Source: Nymphaea colorata (Eukaryota). From it: DNA of 64,000 nt. The position numbers and the translations under genes are program-made. The notes under the pieces are model-generated. The model saw nothing but the letters and a program-made list of their open reading frames with translations. It did no database searches and was not told the origin of the DNA. This document shows, in pieces, positions 14,455 to 25,700 of this stretch. The stretch is taken from positions 18,414,001-18,478,000 of the forward strand of contig NC_045138.2 in the NCBI RefSeq assembly GCF_008831285.2, in the 5' to 3' direction. Position 1 is the first letter of the stretch. Each line of letters begins with the position of its first letter.

Positions 14455-14797
14455 TCAAACTAACTCATAGTCTAAAAAAAAATCCTCAACCCTGACACCC
14501 CTCCTCCTCCTCTTCCTCCTCGGCCCTTCGTCCCCTCCCCTCCTCCTCCCCTCCCCATCGTCCTCTCCCTCAACACCACCACCCGCAGCCGGCCTGTTCT
14601 CTTCCACCGACATCTGAAAGCTACAGACAAGACAGGTGTTGTGGTTCTCCAACCACTTGTTTATACAGCGGTCATGGTACCTATGCCTGCAGAGCATCTC
14701 CCTCGCCTCCCCATCTGTGCCAAACCCCTCCAAGCACACAGGGCATCGAGCCTCCTCATCCTTCACCGCCATGCTTGCTGACGCCTCGATAGCTTCC
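14455..14797 (-). pseudogene. RING-H2 E3 ubiquitin ligase-like exon/ORF (left IR arm); all eight metal ligands present
   Basis: EAIEASASMAVKDEEARCPVCLEGF...EAREMLCRHRYHDRCINKWLENHNTCLVC matches the C-x2-C..C-x-H-x2-H-x2-C..W..C-x2-C pattern. It is preceded by a TTTTAG| acceptor-like site. No complete upstream coding exon was found, so it could be a short functional ORF (ATG 14772) or a relic. Confidence 0.7.
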
Positions 14798-15526
14798 TAA
14801 AAGGAGGACAAAATATATTATATGGATTAAAAGAATTAAGAAAGCTGCAATAAACTAGCATATCGATTTGAACAAGTAATTCCCAGTTTAAAAGAAATAA
14901 TCCCAAAAATCATCCACTGAAAGGTCTAATCCAACAAAAAAAAACACGACGGGAATTAAACATTGCCCTATAGGAGATTAGAGACACCAATATCTTTTAT
15001 GTTGTTGGCTTTATCCAAGGAACACAAAAAGTAAACATTTAGGTGCAAACTTATTAAAAACATAATATGTTAGATAAGGAAAGCACCCAAATGATCTTAC
15101 ACCGAAATATATTCTTGTGGTTTGTGGAACAATTTCTCCAATGACGACATCATCCCAATAGTAGGAGAAGGGAGACATTGATATGTTGTAGCAAATACCA
15201 CAAGAATATTTCGGTGTAAGATCATTTGGTTTTCGGTGCTTTCCATATCTACCATATTATGCTTTTAATAAGTTTGCACCTAAATGTTTACCTTTCGTGT
15301 TCTTGGATAAGGCCAACAACATAAAAGATATTGGTGTCTCTAATCTCCTATAGGGCAATGTTTAATTCCCTTCGTGTTTTTTTTTTTGTTGGATTAGACC
15401 TGTCAATGGATGATTTTTGGGATTATTTGTCTTAAACTAGGAATTACTTGTTCAAAGCGATATGCTAGTTTATTTCAGCTGTCTTAATTCTTTTAATCCA
15501 TATAATATATTTTGTCCTCCTTTTAT

Positions 15527-15853
15527 GAAGCTATCGAGGCATCGGCAAGCATGGTGGTGGAGGATGAGAAGGCTCGGTGCCCTGTGTGCTTGGAGGGGTT
15601 TGGCGCAGATGGGGAAGCGAGGGAGATGCCCTGCAGGCATAGGTACCATGATCGTTGTATAAACAAGTGGTTGGAGAACCACAACACCTGCCTTTTCAGA
15701 TGTCGGTGGAAGAGAACAGAACGGCTGCGGGTGGTGGTGTTGAGGGAGAAGACGATGAGGAGAGGAGGAGGAGGGGAGGGGACTAAGGGCTGAGGAGGAA
15801 GAGGAGGAGGAGGGGTGTCAGGGTTGAGGATTTTTTTTTAGACTATGAGTTAG
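15527..15853 (+). pseudogene. RING-H2 E3 ligase pseudogene (right IR arm)
   Basis: Same sequence as the left copy, but a 10-nt deletion after HNTC removes the last Cys and shifts the frame. The acceptor-like AG reads AT (TTTTAT|GAAG). Confidence 0.8.
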
Positions 15854-16170
15854 TTTGATAATTGGACTTTTCTAGAGTTATCTTTATTTGAACTTGTTTT
15901 CTAGGGTCTATAGTTTCTTAAAACTTAACTTAAGCTGGTTTGATAATTGTGAGTACATTTTGGTTCATCTACAAGCATTATATACACATTTAAAATGTCA
16001 AAAAGGCTAGTGATTTGGTTTTGGATCTGATAGGTCAAAGTCCCATACTTTCTAATTCATGTAGCTGACCAACATTATGTTCATAAAGCGCTGTGTTTGG
16101 GTTTCTTTCCAGCTTGGATTCCAAAACTCTGCTCGCATGTGATCTGGATCCAAATATGAGATTCAGATCC

Positions 16171-16408
16171 AACATGGCGTGTCCCTAGATATTGTTCTTA
16201 CATCTAATAATCAAACACTAGACATAATCACATCATGTTTTTTTAAGACAAAAATATAGTGTTCTTCAAAAACATAATACTCTTCTTAGCAAATGCCCTT
16301 TAATTGAACTTATAAATGTTCTTTATCTAGTTCACGATGCAAAATATTAACTGTATATATAGCATCAAGGTTTTGTATATAATACTGGGAAGCGTACATC
16401 GGCAGCCA
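16171..16408 (+). repeat. ~230-bp direct repeat, copy 1 (copy 2 at 18793-19014)
   Basis: AACATGGCGTGTCCCTAGATATTGTTCTT...GCGTACATCGGCAGCCA occurs at both sites, with scattered SNPs and one ~15-nt indel. Confidence 0.92.
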
Positions 16409-17553
16409 AAACGAAACCAATGAAAGGAAATGAATGCATAACTCAGGCGTCTTCTTGTATAAAACACACAATCAACAATGAAAACTTCATACAACATTAT
16501 GCATATGAATCTAAAAAGCACAACATGGTACCATAAATTTAATACCTAAATCCCTTACATGTTATTATCTAAATCCAACAACATAAAACCCCAAGATTGG
16601 CATGAATCGTATTCAATAATTAGAAACACCAAGCTTGGCACTAAAAAATTCTGACGGCGAAACAAATACCACAAGCTTTGTTGGCAAGACTTGGCAATCC
16701 AACAACCATCACCTGTTAATCTGGGAGACAAACCAATATGGCAAGTACATCAGTGAGAGTGCCTCAATATCTTGTTGTGAGAGACCCATAAAGAGGGTGG
16801 AACATGATAGAAGGACGCATAAGGAGACACACTACACTAAAAGAAACCAGACTCGATTAAACTGGACAGTCGTTTCAGCATAGACAGAAGTACTGTTTTG
16901 CTAAAATGTTATCTTAAATAAAAGATAAACGTCCTAATATATTTATGAAAATTATTTTGATATAAAACATGTTTTGAACTTGGTTGTTTTTATGAAAAAT
17001 ATCGATTTCTTTTACCAAAATGTTGGTGCTTTGAGAGCAATTCATTTTTGCCTATTAACACTATTAAAACAAAAAAAAATTGACGTACTATATATTGTGC
17101 ATCAACCTATCTTTAAGATCACATTGGTAAGGTTATATTTTAAAAAAAGACTTTAATTATAATATTTAAAGGGAGAATGGAGTACATCTATGGATGAATG
17201 CCCAAAGAAGCTTGGGATTCTCTATCATCCCCGTGAATAGTGGTGGTGACTGTGGTGGATTTTTCATTTTATATACGTATCACCAGCTTGTTGAATTTCA
17301 ATTGTCAATAAGATTTCTTTTTTAAATGGAAGACTAATAAATTATTTTTAATCCTATATTTTTTATTTCCAAGTTCTAATAAGATTTCTGAACAGATTCA
17401 TAAATTATGTTCTATTCTAACATTTTCATTTCCAATTTCAATAAGATTTCATTCCTAAATGAAAATATTCATAAATTATAACATGGTTGTTTAAGCTTTT
17501 GGTGAATGAGGTCTTCCATTATTAGCTAGCATTATATCTATGTGGTGTATGGG

Positions 17554-17983
17554 TAGGGATGTCAACTGATAAGATTCAACTCAAATATACCCTTAATCGT
17601 AGCTGCTTTTACAGATATTCACAAACTCACATTCTAATACGAACTAAGAAAAGTCACATCTGAATTTGAACCCAAAACCCAATTTTGTAATTTGAATCTG
17701 AATTTTACATATATAACCTAATCGAAAAACCGAATTTGACCAACTTTAAAAATGTATATATGATCTGAGATGCATGTTTAAAAGTAAATAATTCGATCTG
17801 AATCTCTATCTAATAAGATATTCATTTATATCTGAATTTGTATTTGAATCCAATCATATGTCATTTCTTAAATCCAAATATGATCTGTTTTTTTAATCAG
17901 ATATTAAATTTTCCTTCTTATCCAATTTTCTTGGAATGGTTCTATTGCACATTTGATCCAAATCAAATACATTGACATCCCTA
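17554..17983. mobile_element. hAT-type MITE with perfect 12-bp TIRs and a degenerate 8-bp TSD
   Basis: TAGGGATGTCAA ... TTGACATCCCTA. Flanks are TGTATGGG / CGTATGAG (6/8 match). Confidence 0.8.
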
Positions 17984-18370
17984 CGTATGAGGTGACCTGA
18001 GGTACCTAATTGACAGTGTTGTCGCTACGTCGAACACGGATGCAACTCTGTGCCTTATTGGCGAGGGAAAGGAGGAGGTTTTTAGTTCTCATGCAATTAG
18101 ATTTGTGAATAGTAGCACAAGCTGTGCTTGGGAGTTGGACGACCTACATTTAATGTAAGGTACATGTTCTTGTTTCGAACTTAGAAAGCAGACCAATTCG
18201 AGTTTGTAGTAAGTGAAGAATATTTGTGGTATTAGAACCCATAAAATTCACGAGCTGCAACTAGATTTGGCTATATAGTGGAGGGTGCATATTATGGGTT
18301 TCGAACACATAACGTTTATGAACGACCAGGTTCAACCTTGTAAAAAAGGAGATGCAGAGCCACATGTAAG

Positions 18371-18534
18371 TAGGGGTGTACAACAGGCCAAGCCAACTTG
18401 GACTCTGACTAGAACTCACCCATATAAGCTTGACTCATTTAATGAAGGTGTTGAACTCGAGCTTGAGTTAAAACTCGAGTCATAAACTAGTCGAGTTCAA
18501 GTGACATGAACTTGATCAGCTCGTGTCCCCCCTA
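18371..18534. mobile_element. Short hAT-like MITE (TAGGGGTG../..CCCCTA family, CTCGAG/TCGAGT rich)
   Basis: Begins TAGGGGTGTAC and ends GTGTCCCCCCTA. Internal motifs resemble those of the elements at 31.5-32.2 kb and 32.6-33.05 kb. Confidence 0.5.
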
Positions 18535-18792
18535 TTTGTTAATCTTTGGACTATGTTGAATTATACTCAAAACAAACCAAGGGGGGGCTTTTGACACTTG
18601 TTGTATTATGATATCCAACATCTGACTCAACTTACAACGTGTGTCTACATGTGGCAAAGCCACCGATTTGTGCGGTAAAATTGGAATAAGAGAATGCTAA
18701 GGGAGAGTTTGATGAGAAGAACAATGTGTTTTCTTGTACCTGATGTTCTTAAAGAATACGGTCTAAGAATGTCATAATATTCTTGTTCAAGA

Positions 18793-19014
18793 AACATGGC
18801 GTGTCCCTAGATATTGTTCTTGCATCTAATAATCAAACACTAGACATAATCACATCATGTTTTTTAAGACAAAAATATTGTGTTCTTGAAAAACATAATA
18901 CTCTTTTTAGCAAATGCCCTTTAATTGAACTTGTAGTTCACGATGCAAAATATTAACTGTGAATACAGCATCGAGGTTTTGTATATAATACTGGGGAGCG
19001 TACATCGGCAGCCA
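18793..19014 (+). repeat. ~220-bp direct repeat, copy 2 (3' half of a Tourist-like MITE at ~18700-18920 plus flank)
   Basis: Sequence matches 16171-16408. Weak TIR-like ends TAA|GGGAGAGTTTG ... CAAATGCCC. Confidence 0.85.
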
Positions 19015-19439
19015 TGACAAAGTACATATCTCATATACCTATTGATATTCCAAGGATATATAGAACTTCATAAGTATCATACATATAATACCGTCGATAG
19101 TTGTCTATGTTGAGTATGGATAAATTTAAGGGTGTTCATTGAATTTTTTATGCGCCATAAGCTAAGAGACAATGGCATCACTTAATTTGATAGCATAAAC
19201 AAAAATCAACTAAATTTCTTCTTAAAAATAATGTTTGAAACCATGTTTTGTTGAAAATAAAGATGTCTTTTCTAAGTCGTTTGAGTGAGTGGGAGAGAAC
19301 TCTACCACTGGAGTGAGAGGCCGAAAACCTCATTCCTTCCCCTTGTTCTTGGGGTCCCTATTGTGAGCTGTTCATTCTTGTGTGCTAAGTGGTGTATTTT
19401 AAAAACTTCATTTTGTTAAATAAATTAAATACATCATGC

Positions 19440-19847
19440 CATTTGGTTATGCAGTCAAATTCAAAGTCATATTTAAATATGAACAAAGAAAAAACATATC
19501 TGAATTCGAAACCCGATTTTACAATCATAATCCAATTTTTTATATAAGCATCTAAATCCAATTTTTTATATAAGCATCCAAATCCAATTTTTTTAACCAA
19601 ATTTGGCATACATTCAAAATGTAAGAGAATTAGATATAAGGTATTTGTTTAAACATAAATCAAATCCAAATCCATATCTAAATCCAATCAGATATTTATG
19701 TATATCTGAATTCAATCGGATGTCATTTCTCAAATCCAATTATGATCCGATTTTTAATTAGATATTGATTTTTTTTCCATATCCAATTTTTTTGAAAACT
19801 ATTTAGTCAGATAACCCCAATCCAAATCAGATATATTGACATCCTTA
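19440..19847. mobile_element. Partial copy of the TAGGGATGTCAA MITE family
   Basis: Ends ATTGACATCCTTA; internal AAATCCAAT/GATCCG motifs as in 17554-17983. Confidence 0.55.
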
Positions 19848-20238
19848 CCTTAATATCCCTTTTTCCCCTTCCAAATGACATGATATGATAGTACATGGAT
19901 ATATATTTCTTCACTTGATTTCGTTGTTTTCTTTTTTTTTTTTGTATACAGAACACCAGGTTTGAAACTTGGGCACGTTGCATATATCTATAACCAAAAT
20001 GATGAAAGCAAATTAAAATCATATAGAATTGTATCTGCATATTAAAAAACATTTTTTTATAAGTTTATGATATTTTAGATTTAAAGATCATTCATAAGGT
20101 TAACTGGAGAAAGTAAAAGCATTAAAAACAAAGGGACTGGTGTCTTTTGTGTGTGCGTGGGTGTGTGCGGAGAGAAGGAGAGAAATGACTGATGTCTTTT
20201 GTATCTATGTTCTTGTGTGACATATATAAAATGAATGG

Positions 20239-20276
<38 letters not shown>

Positions 20277-20769
20277 CCGTTCATTTTTGCTCATTATAAA
20301 AACACTAGTAAAAATAGAAAAATGATCAACTTTATATATATTTTGCATCAACTTATACTTAAGGTTATATTGGTAAGGTTGGATTTCAAAAAAATCAATC
20401 TCAAATATTTAGAGAAACTGATAGAATCCAGACACTTAGGTCGGGGATAAAAACTAGACCCTTTAATTTTTTTTCTCAAAAAATTATTTCAAATAAAATA
20501 GAAACTTGTTAAGATACTTATAAAAAATATTTTGATATAAAACATTCTTACTGTTTTATCATTTGGGATTAATATTGTTGTTTAATCTTCCTTGGGAATT
20601 CTTTTCCCATGGCATGGAAATGTTTGTAATTATTTATGCTAAAATTGATTGTGAAAATTTTCACCTAATGATAATTTCTAGTTTGTGGCAGGGGCGGGAT
20701 TGGTTCTCTTTTATAATTAAGATAATTAAATATGGTGATCATGTGTAGAAATTACCAGATTGTTGTCGG

Positions 20770-20945
20770 TAATGACAGAGCCAGAAAAATTGGTTGGAAG
20801 GGTACTAGTTTAAAAATACTTATATTTGGTGGGACCTTTATATATATAAGTATAGATGTTGAAAGATGCCTATTAAAAATAAATAAATTTTAAGAGATTA
20901 GTGTGGGCAGTTGCCCACACGTGTCACCATGTGGCTATGCGACTG
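20770..20945. mobile_element. Degenerate copy of the CAGTGGCGGAGCCAG MITE family
   Basis: GACAGAGCCAGAAAAATTGGTTGGAAGGG...GTGTGGGCAG...GTGGCTATGCGACTG aligns by eye with 60671-60842. Confidence 0.55.
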
Positions 20946-21256
20946 ATCATGAAAGTTCCTACAAAATTGCATGGCTAGTTGGAACAATAGTTTTTTCAAC
21001 AGTTAAGAGACAACAACTAATTTTTATACCGCATTGAATGAAATATGAAAAAATATCAAGTATTTGCAGACGTTGGGGTTATGGAACTTTGAACTTTTTG
21101 TTCCACCCCACGAATGAACCAGCATTAAATACCAGAGATTTTAATGCCAAACATTTTTTTCATCAACTAAACAAATGCTACCTTAAAAGGAGGAAATCAG
21201 CTGTTAACAACACCAATGATTTGAATGCAGTACCATTCGCCCGTGTGCACGCACGT

Positions 21257-21287
<31 letters not shown>

Positions 21288-21841
21288 CACACACATGAAC
21301 AGAGAAAGTAACTGTTTCATTTGGTTACAGAATATGAATAGCTGGTGAAGACTTGCTCAAACACGCACTAAACTCCAATTAAGTTATTAAAAATAACACC
21401 AATATATGATCCATTATCATAACACATCAACCTATAGAGAGAGAACCAAATCTGTGACCAAGGGAAATAAAGGAATAAAATGATAAAGAAAGCACATGCA
21501 TGGAGAAGAAGTCTGTTGCTACCTTCGTATCAAAAAACTGATTCACAGTTACAGTCTCGTACAAAGCAACAGATATGCAAAGCATTTTAAGGAATCAAAG
21601 GCAGCAATGAACCTGACGGTTTACAATAGTGGCACTCATTCACTATAATGTTCTTCATTCATGATCGAAAAGAGTTTAGTTTTTATTGCTGCAGCAGATA
21701 GTGCAGCTCTGACAGCAGCTTTACGTCCTAAACCTAATTTCACGATCATTTAAATCATAAGTTATGATAATTGAGTTTGGACGCTGCAGATGAAAGCAAA
21801 TTTTCTTTTGGGCATTATCATGTGTATGATGTATTAATCTA

Positions 21842-21979
21842 TTATTCATCTGTGAGGACGATCTGGACGGTGAGGATGGAATAGATCTTCCGGATGAATT
21901 GCCATCGAAGCTTCTGGTTCTCCATCATCCCCGGGTACAGTGGTGGTGCCACTCCGGCCTCCACATCGCCACCCTTCAT
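21842..21979 (-). pseudogene. 5' fragment of a LIFEGUARD / Bax inhibitor-1 (TMBIM) family gene, truncated in the first TM helix
   Basis: MKGGDVEAGVAPPLYPGMMENQKLRWQFIRKIYSILTVQIVLT matches the plant LFG N-terminus (DxEAG..LYP.M.E...LRW.FIRK.YSIL..Q). An immediate stop follows and no continuation was found. A TATA-like CTTATAAAA lies at ~22094-22102 (minus), with a CT-rich leader. Confidence 0.8.
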
Positions 21980-22681
21980 GTTGTTGCTTGTCTCCTGCCC
22001 GTCACCACCTGATAACCACTGTGAGAGAGAGATAGAAGACAATGGAAGATCAGCAGAAAAATTTGGGGATGGAGAGAGGGAGCGATGGAAGGATTTTATA
22101 AGTAGCAAGGGGAGGTTGGTTCAATGAGCCTTCCTGTTTCCTTCATCAAACACCCTCTTTTAGTTTTTCCATGCTTTAAAATCTATCGGTGGACCTGTGG
22201 TCTGAAGTTGATCCAAGTCGGATACCATTTAGATCCAGATCCAACTCAACAGGTTGACTCCTTCACACGTGTCAACGAGAAGTTGTACACTGGTATAGTT
22301 GTATTACCTCTATTCTGATTCTTATGACCCGGATCCGTTCGTACCCAAAATGGCCGGTCGGCTGATGCAGATTCTATTGTCAAGCAGGTTGATCGGACAA
22401 CGGTTTTCTCTGTCACCGGATCGATATCGCAAAAATCCGGCAACTCATTTTAGCTGTTTCCGCCGAAGGTTAAAGATAAGCAATATAGCATTTTTATGAA
22501 TAGATGAAGTTTATTTTTAAGAAATAAAAAGATTTCGTGCATTTTCCGGGGGAAAAGGTTTCAATGAGATGAAAGATTTCGTGCTTTGATCTTTGAAAGA
22601 AGAAAAAAAAATACTGTACTATTTCTCCTCCTCTACTGCATTTCACCACCGTAATCAAACACACCCTTAAACATCGCCAAT

Positions 22682-22760
22682 ATGACACACACGATTATTT
22701 GGAACATTTTTTAATTAATGACACACACGATTATTTGGAACATTTTTTAATTAATGACAC
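22682..22760. repeat. Perfect 36-bp tandem duplication (ATGACACACACGATTATTTGGAACATTTTTTAATTA), 2 copies
   Basis: Direct reading. Confidence 0.9.
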
Positions 22761-25700
22761 CAATGGTGGGTTATAAACCTCCTACTCACCCTTAAGTTGA
22801 TGTTGATGGCATTTTTTTTGTGGAATAATTTTTTTAATGCATTGAGAATCCAACGGCTACCCATCTCCCAATAATATAATAAATATTGGCAAAAGTACCG
22901 TAAATTTATTGTGAACTATGATATTTTCAAAAACCAACCAAGCAATGAAAATGATAATATATCTAAAACATTCTGGTTTTGTAAGTATTGCACAACGTTA
23001 TTATTAACAGCAACAACACAATTTTTTCCCATTTATATATTTTTAATGCTATTAGCATTTACCAAACGAAAAAAATGTTCATCTCGAGGTTCTACAAGGA
23101 CACGTGGCTCCACCATGGGTTTTTCCCTGTTCCGGCATGTGTTTGTTTTACCAAAGAGTCATATTCGAAAGGCACGTTTGATTTCTCATAGATCACAAAT
23201 TGAAACTCAAATTTATAATAGTTGAAATCCACACTTGTATCAAAATGTGGATTTCTACAACCATCTTTACTTTGAATTTCAAATCCACAAGTAAAAATCA
23301 TGGACTTGAAATGGAAGGTCTGATTTGAAAACCGCAGATCTTGATCTGAGATCACCACGGATCTCAGATCCTTGAGATCACCAAGGATCTTATATTCACA
23401 GTAATCAAACATGGAGGAAGAACAGTGATAAAAAAACAATGAAAAACAGAAAAAAAAAAGAGAAGAAGAGATGATGACTTGACTGTTAAGACGTTCTACC
23501 TAACAAATAAATAACATGCTTGAAGGAAAGAGATGTGCCTGTATTTTTATAAAGGTTATGCATTATGTTCATTTTAGGTAACTCTCACTTTTATGAGTTT
23601 TTTTTTCTAAAGTGTATGGGCATTTGTGTAATTTATTATTTAACAAATTTTATTGTCATTCAATGTCCTTCCACCTTTTTCAGTCTTCAATGCCACTGGT
23701 ACCCGGTACTGGTGTTGTTCGAAAAAATCGGTTAGAACCGACCTGTTTAAGTCAGCACGAGCATGATTTAGGTATTTCTTGTCTCCAAATTTTGTTATAT
23801 ATTTTCTTTTTATCGACTCTCTCTCTCATTTATATATATATACATATAAAAGAGAGAAGGTTGGGTTTTACGTGAGCTCTTAATTCAGTCAGCCAACAAT
23901 TCAGTCAGCCAAGTCAGGCTTGCCCAGCAAAATTCTTTTATCGGGCTCTGTGTAATAATCAGGTGGTATGGTTCTTTCCCCATTTGTGTGACAACGCTCA
24001 CGCCGCCAAACTGGACACCTGGCCGTGTAAGGTGAGACATTTGAAATAACACCACTTACTTTTCTTGTGAATTTTGTCAATTTTAGTGGGATTCTAAATA
24101 AGCATACTTTTAGGTTCCCTTTGTTTCCTCCTTTTATATATATCAAAAATGGCAAGCCATCCCTCAACGTTCCTATGGACAGCACCCAAGGACCATTTCA
24201 CGCAGCACTAAGGAACCAAGAAATCAGGGTGCAGGGCCACAAACTCCAAGCGGACTTACGTGTCCATTAAATATTCAATAACTAATTACTTTTTGAAGAA
24301 ACATATCTTCCGTTCAGGACCATACCACCATCTCAAATAAAGTGATCGCATTCAAGCTGTAATTCCAAATGCAATTAGTTGCCAAGAAGCAGTGACCGGC
24401 CTACCTGCCTTGGTTTTCAATGCCTCCATTTGATATAGTTCCTACTTGGTCGTCTTACTGGCATCGATAGTTCTCTCAATCGAGCATTCAATTCAAACGG
24501 GAGACCCAAATAAACTCAGGCTTCAAATCCATTTGGACCTGTTTGCTTGGTCCAGGAAATGATGATCTCCATGGTTTGGTGAATGATTGTGTGGTGGGAT
24601 CAGGTTGCTCCTTTCTCCTCCTCTTCCCACTATGAACTCACTGATTGGCAGGCCCTGTTTGCTCTTATCCCAATTTCCCATCCCATGTGAACTCAATCAA
24701 GAAGCAGACGCCATCAGATAATGGAACTAAATGTGAGTTTGGCTCCTTGCATTCCAGGGTCCACCTGAGGTCCAGTGTGGAAATCGGAGAAGACGACCTC
24801 CATATCTAACAGCCATTGCATGATTGGTGGTCTCGCTCTACCAAAGCAAAACAGATCCTTTTTAAGGTAATCAGACTATGCGATCCGCCAAATTATGTTC
24901 ACATTATTAATGTTCCCACTACATATACACATTTCAAGCTGACGTCTTCAAGTTGACAACCATCACGATCTTCTCTTAATTTCACATTCTTCTGTTCCCA
25001 CCTGTTCATTACGTGTGATAGTAACTCATACATAATTAATTTTCTGTGACTCTAGGAGTGAGGAGATCAACTGCTCGACCACAACAGTCAATTGTAGTCT
25101 CTTTCTTCAGGGATGTTTGAAATGTTATTCAACATTTTAATTATCTTAAAAAAATAGGCGGTGCTTGGATGACAGCTCAAAACCAGCTTTTGGAAGCAAA
25201 ACCAGGCTGTGCTTCCAAAGTGTCATTTCAAGAGCGTTTAAATAACATTAAAACTGACTGAGAACTTATTCTTATCACACAAACTAAGCTTTTTTTTCTT
25301 GTTATCCAAATATTTAAACAAAGTTTTGAAAAATGGGTTTTAACTAGTTTTCACATAATTTGGTTTTCTCAAAACCTTTTTTTTAGACCATTATCCAAAC
25401 GCACGCACAGTTTGGATCTTTCATTTGTGTCCCAGAAGCTGTGTGTTTTGGCTCCGTTTTTTTTTTTTTGTTTTACTCAGGAGTACCTCAGTCACTTTGG
25501 GAATTTAAATACCTTGGTGGTGTTAATGAAGACACCATTGTTCAATCTGTCAGGGCGATTTGATGGCTAGTTGATCTGTGTTTCTTTTATGAGTGGTTTG
25601 GCAGCATGAACATATTTTTATATGATCTGATATAAAGATTGCAACAGATTCATAAAATCTACATATATTCCTACGTTTTCAGTATCTGCTCTAATATTTA

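Larger units (their letters stand above)
14140..16173. repeat. Long inverted repeat: left arm ~14140-15125, spacer ~15126-15190, right arm ~15191-16173
   Basis: 14140 GTTGGATCTGAATCTCATATTTGGATCC.. is the reverse complement of ..GGATCCAAATATGAGATTCAGATCCAAC ending at 16173. Complementarity continues inward to ATGATCTTACACCGAAAT (15091) / ATTTCGGTGTAAGATCAT (~15208-15225). Confidence 0.97.

Noticed and set aside
15126..15190. Spacer sequence superficially like miR482/2118
   Set aside because: Too many mismatches to the family consensus. No conserved plant miRNA (including miR395 near the sulfate transporters) was recognised in the window.
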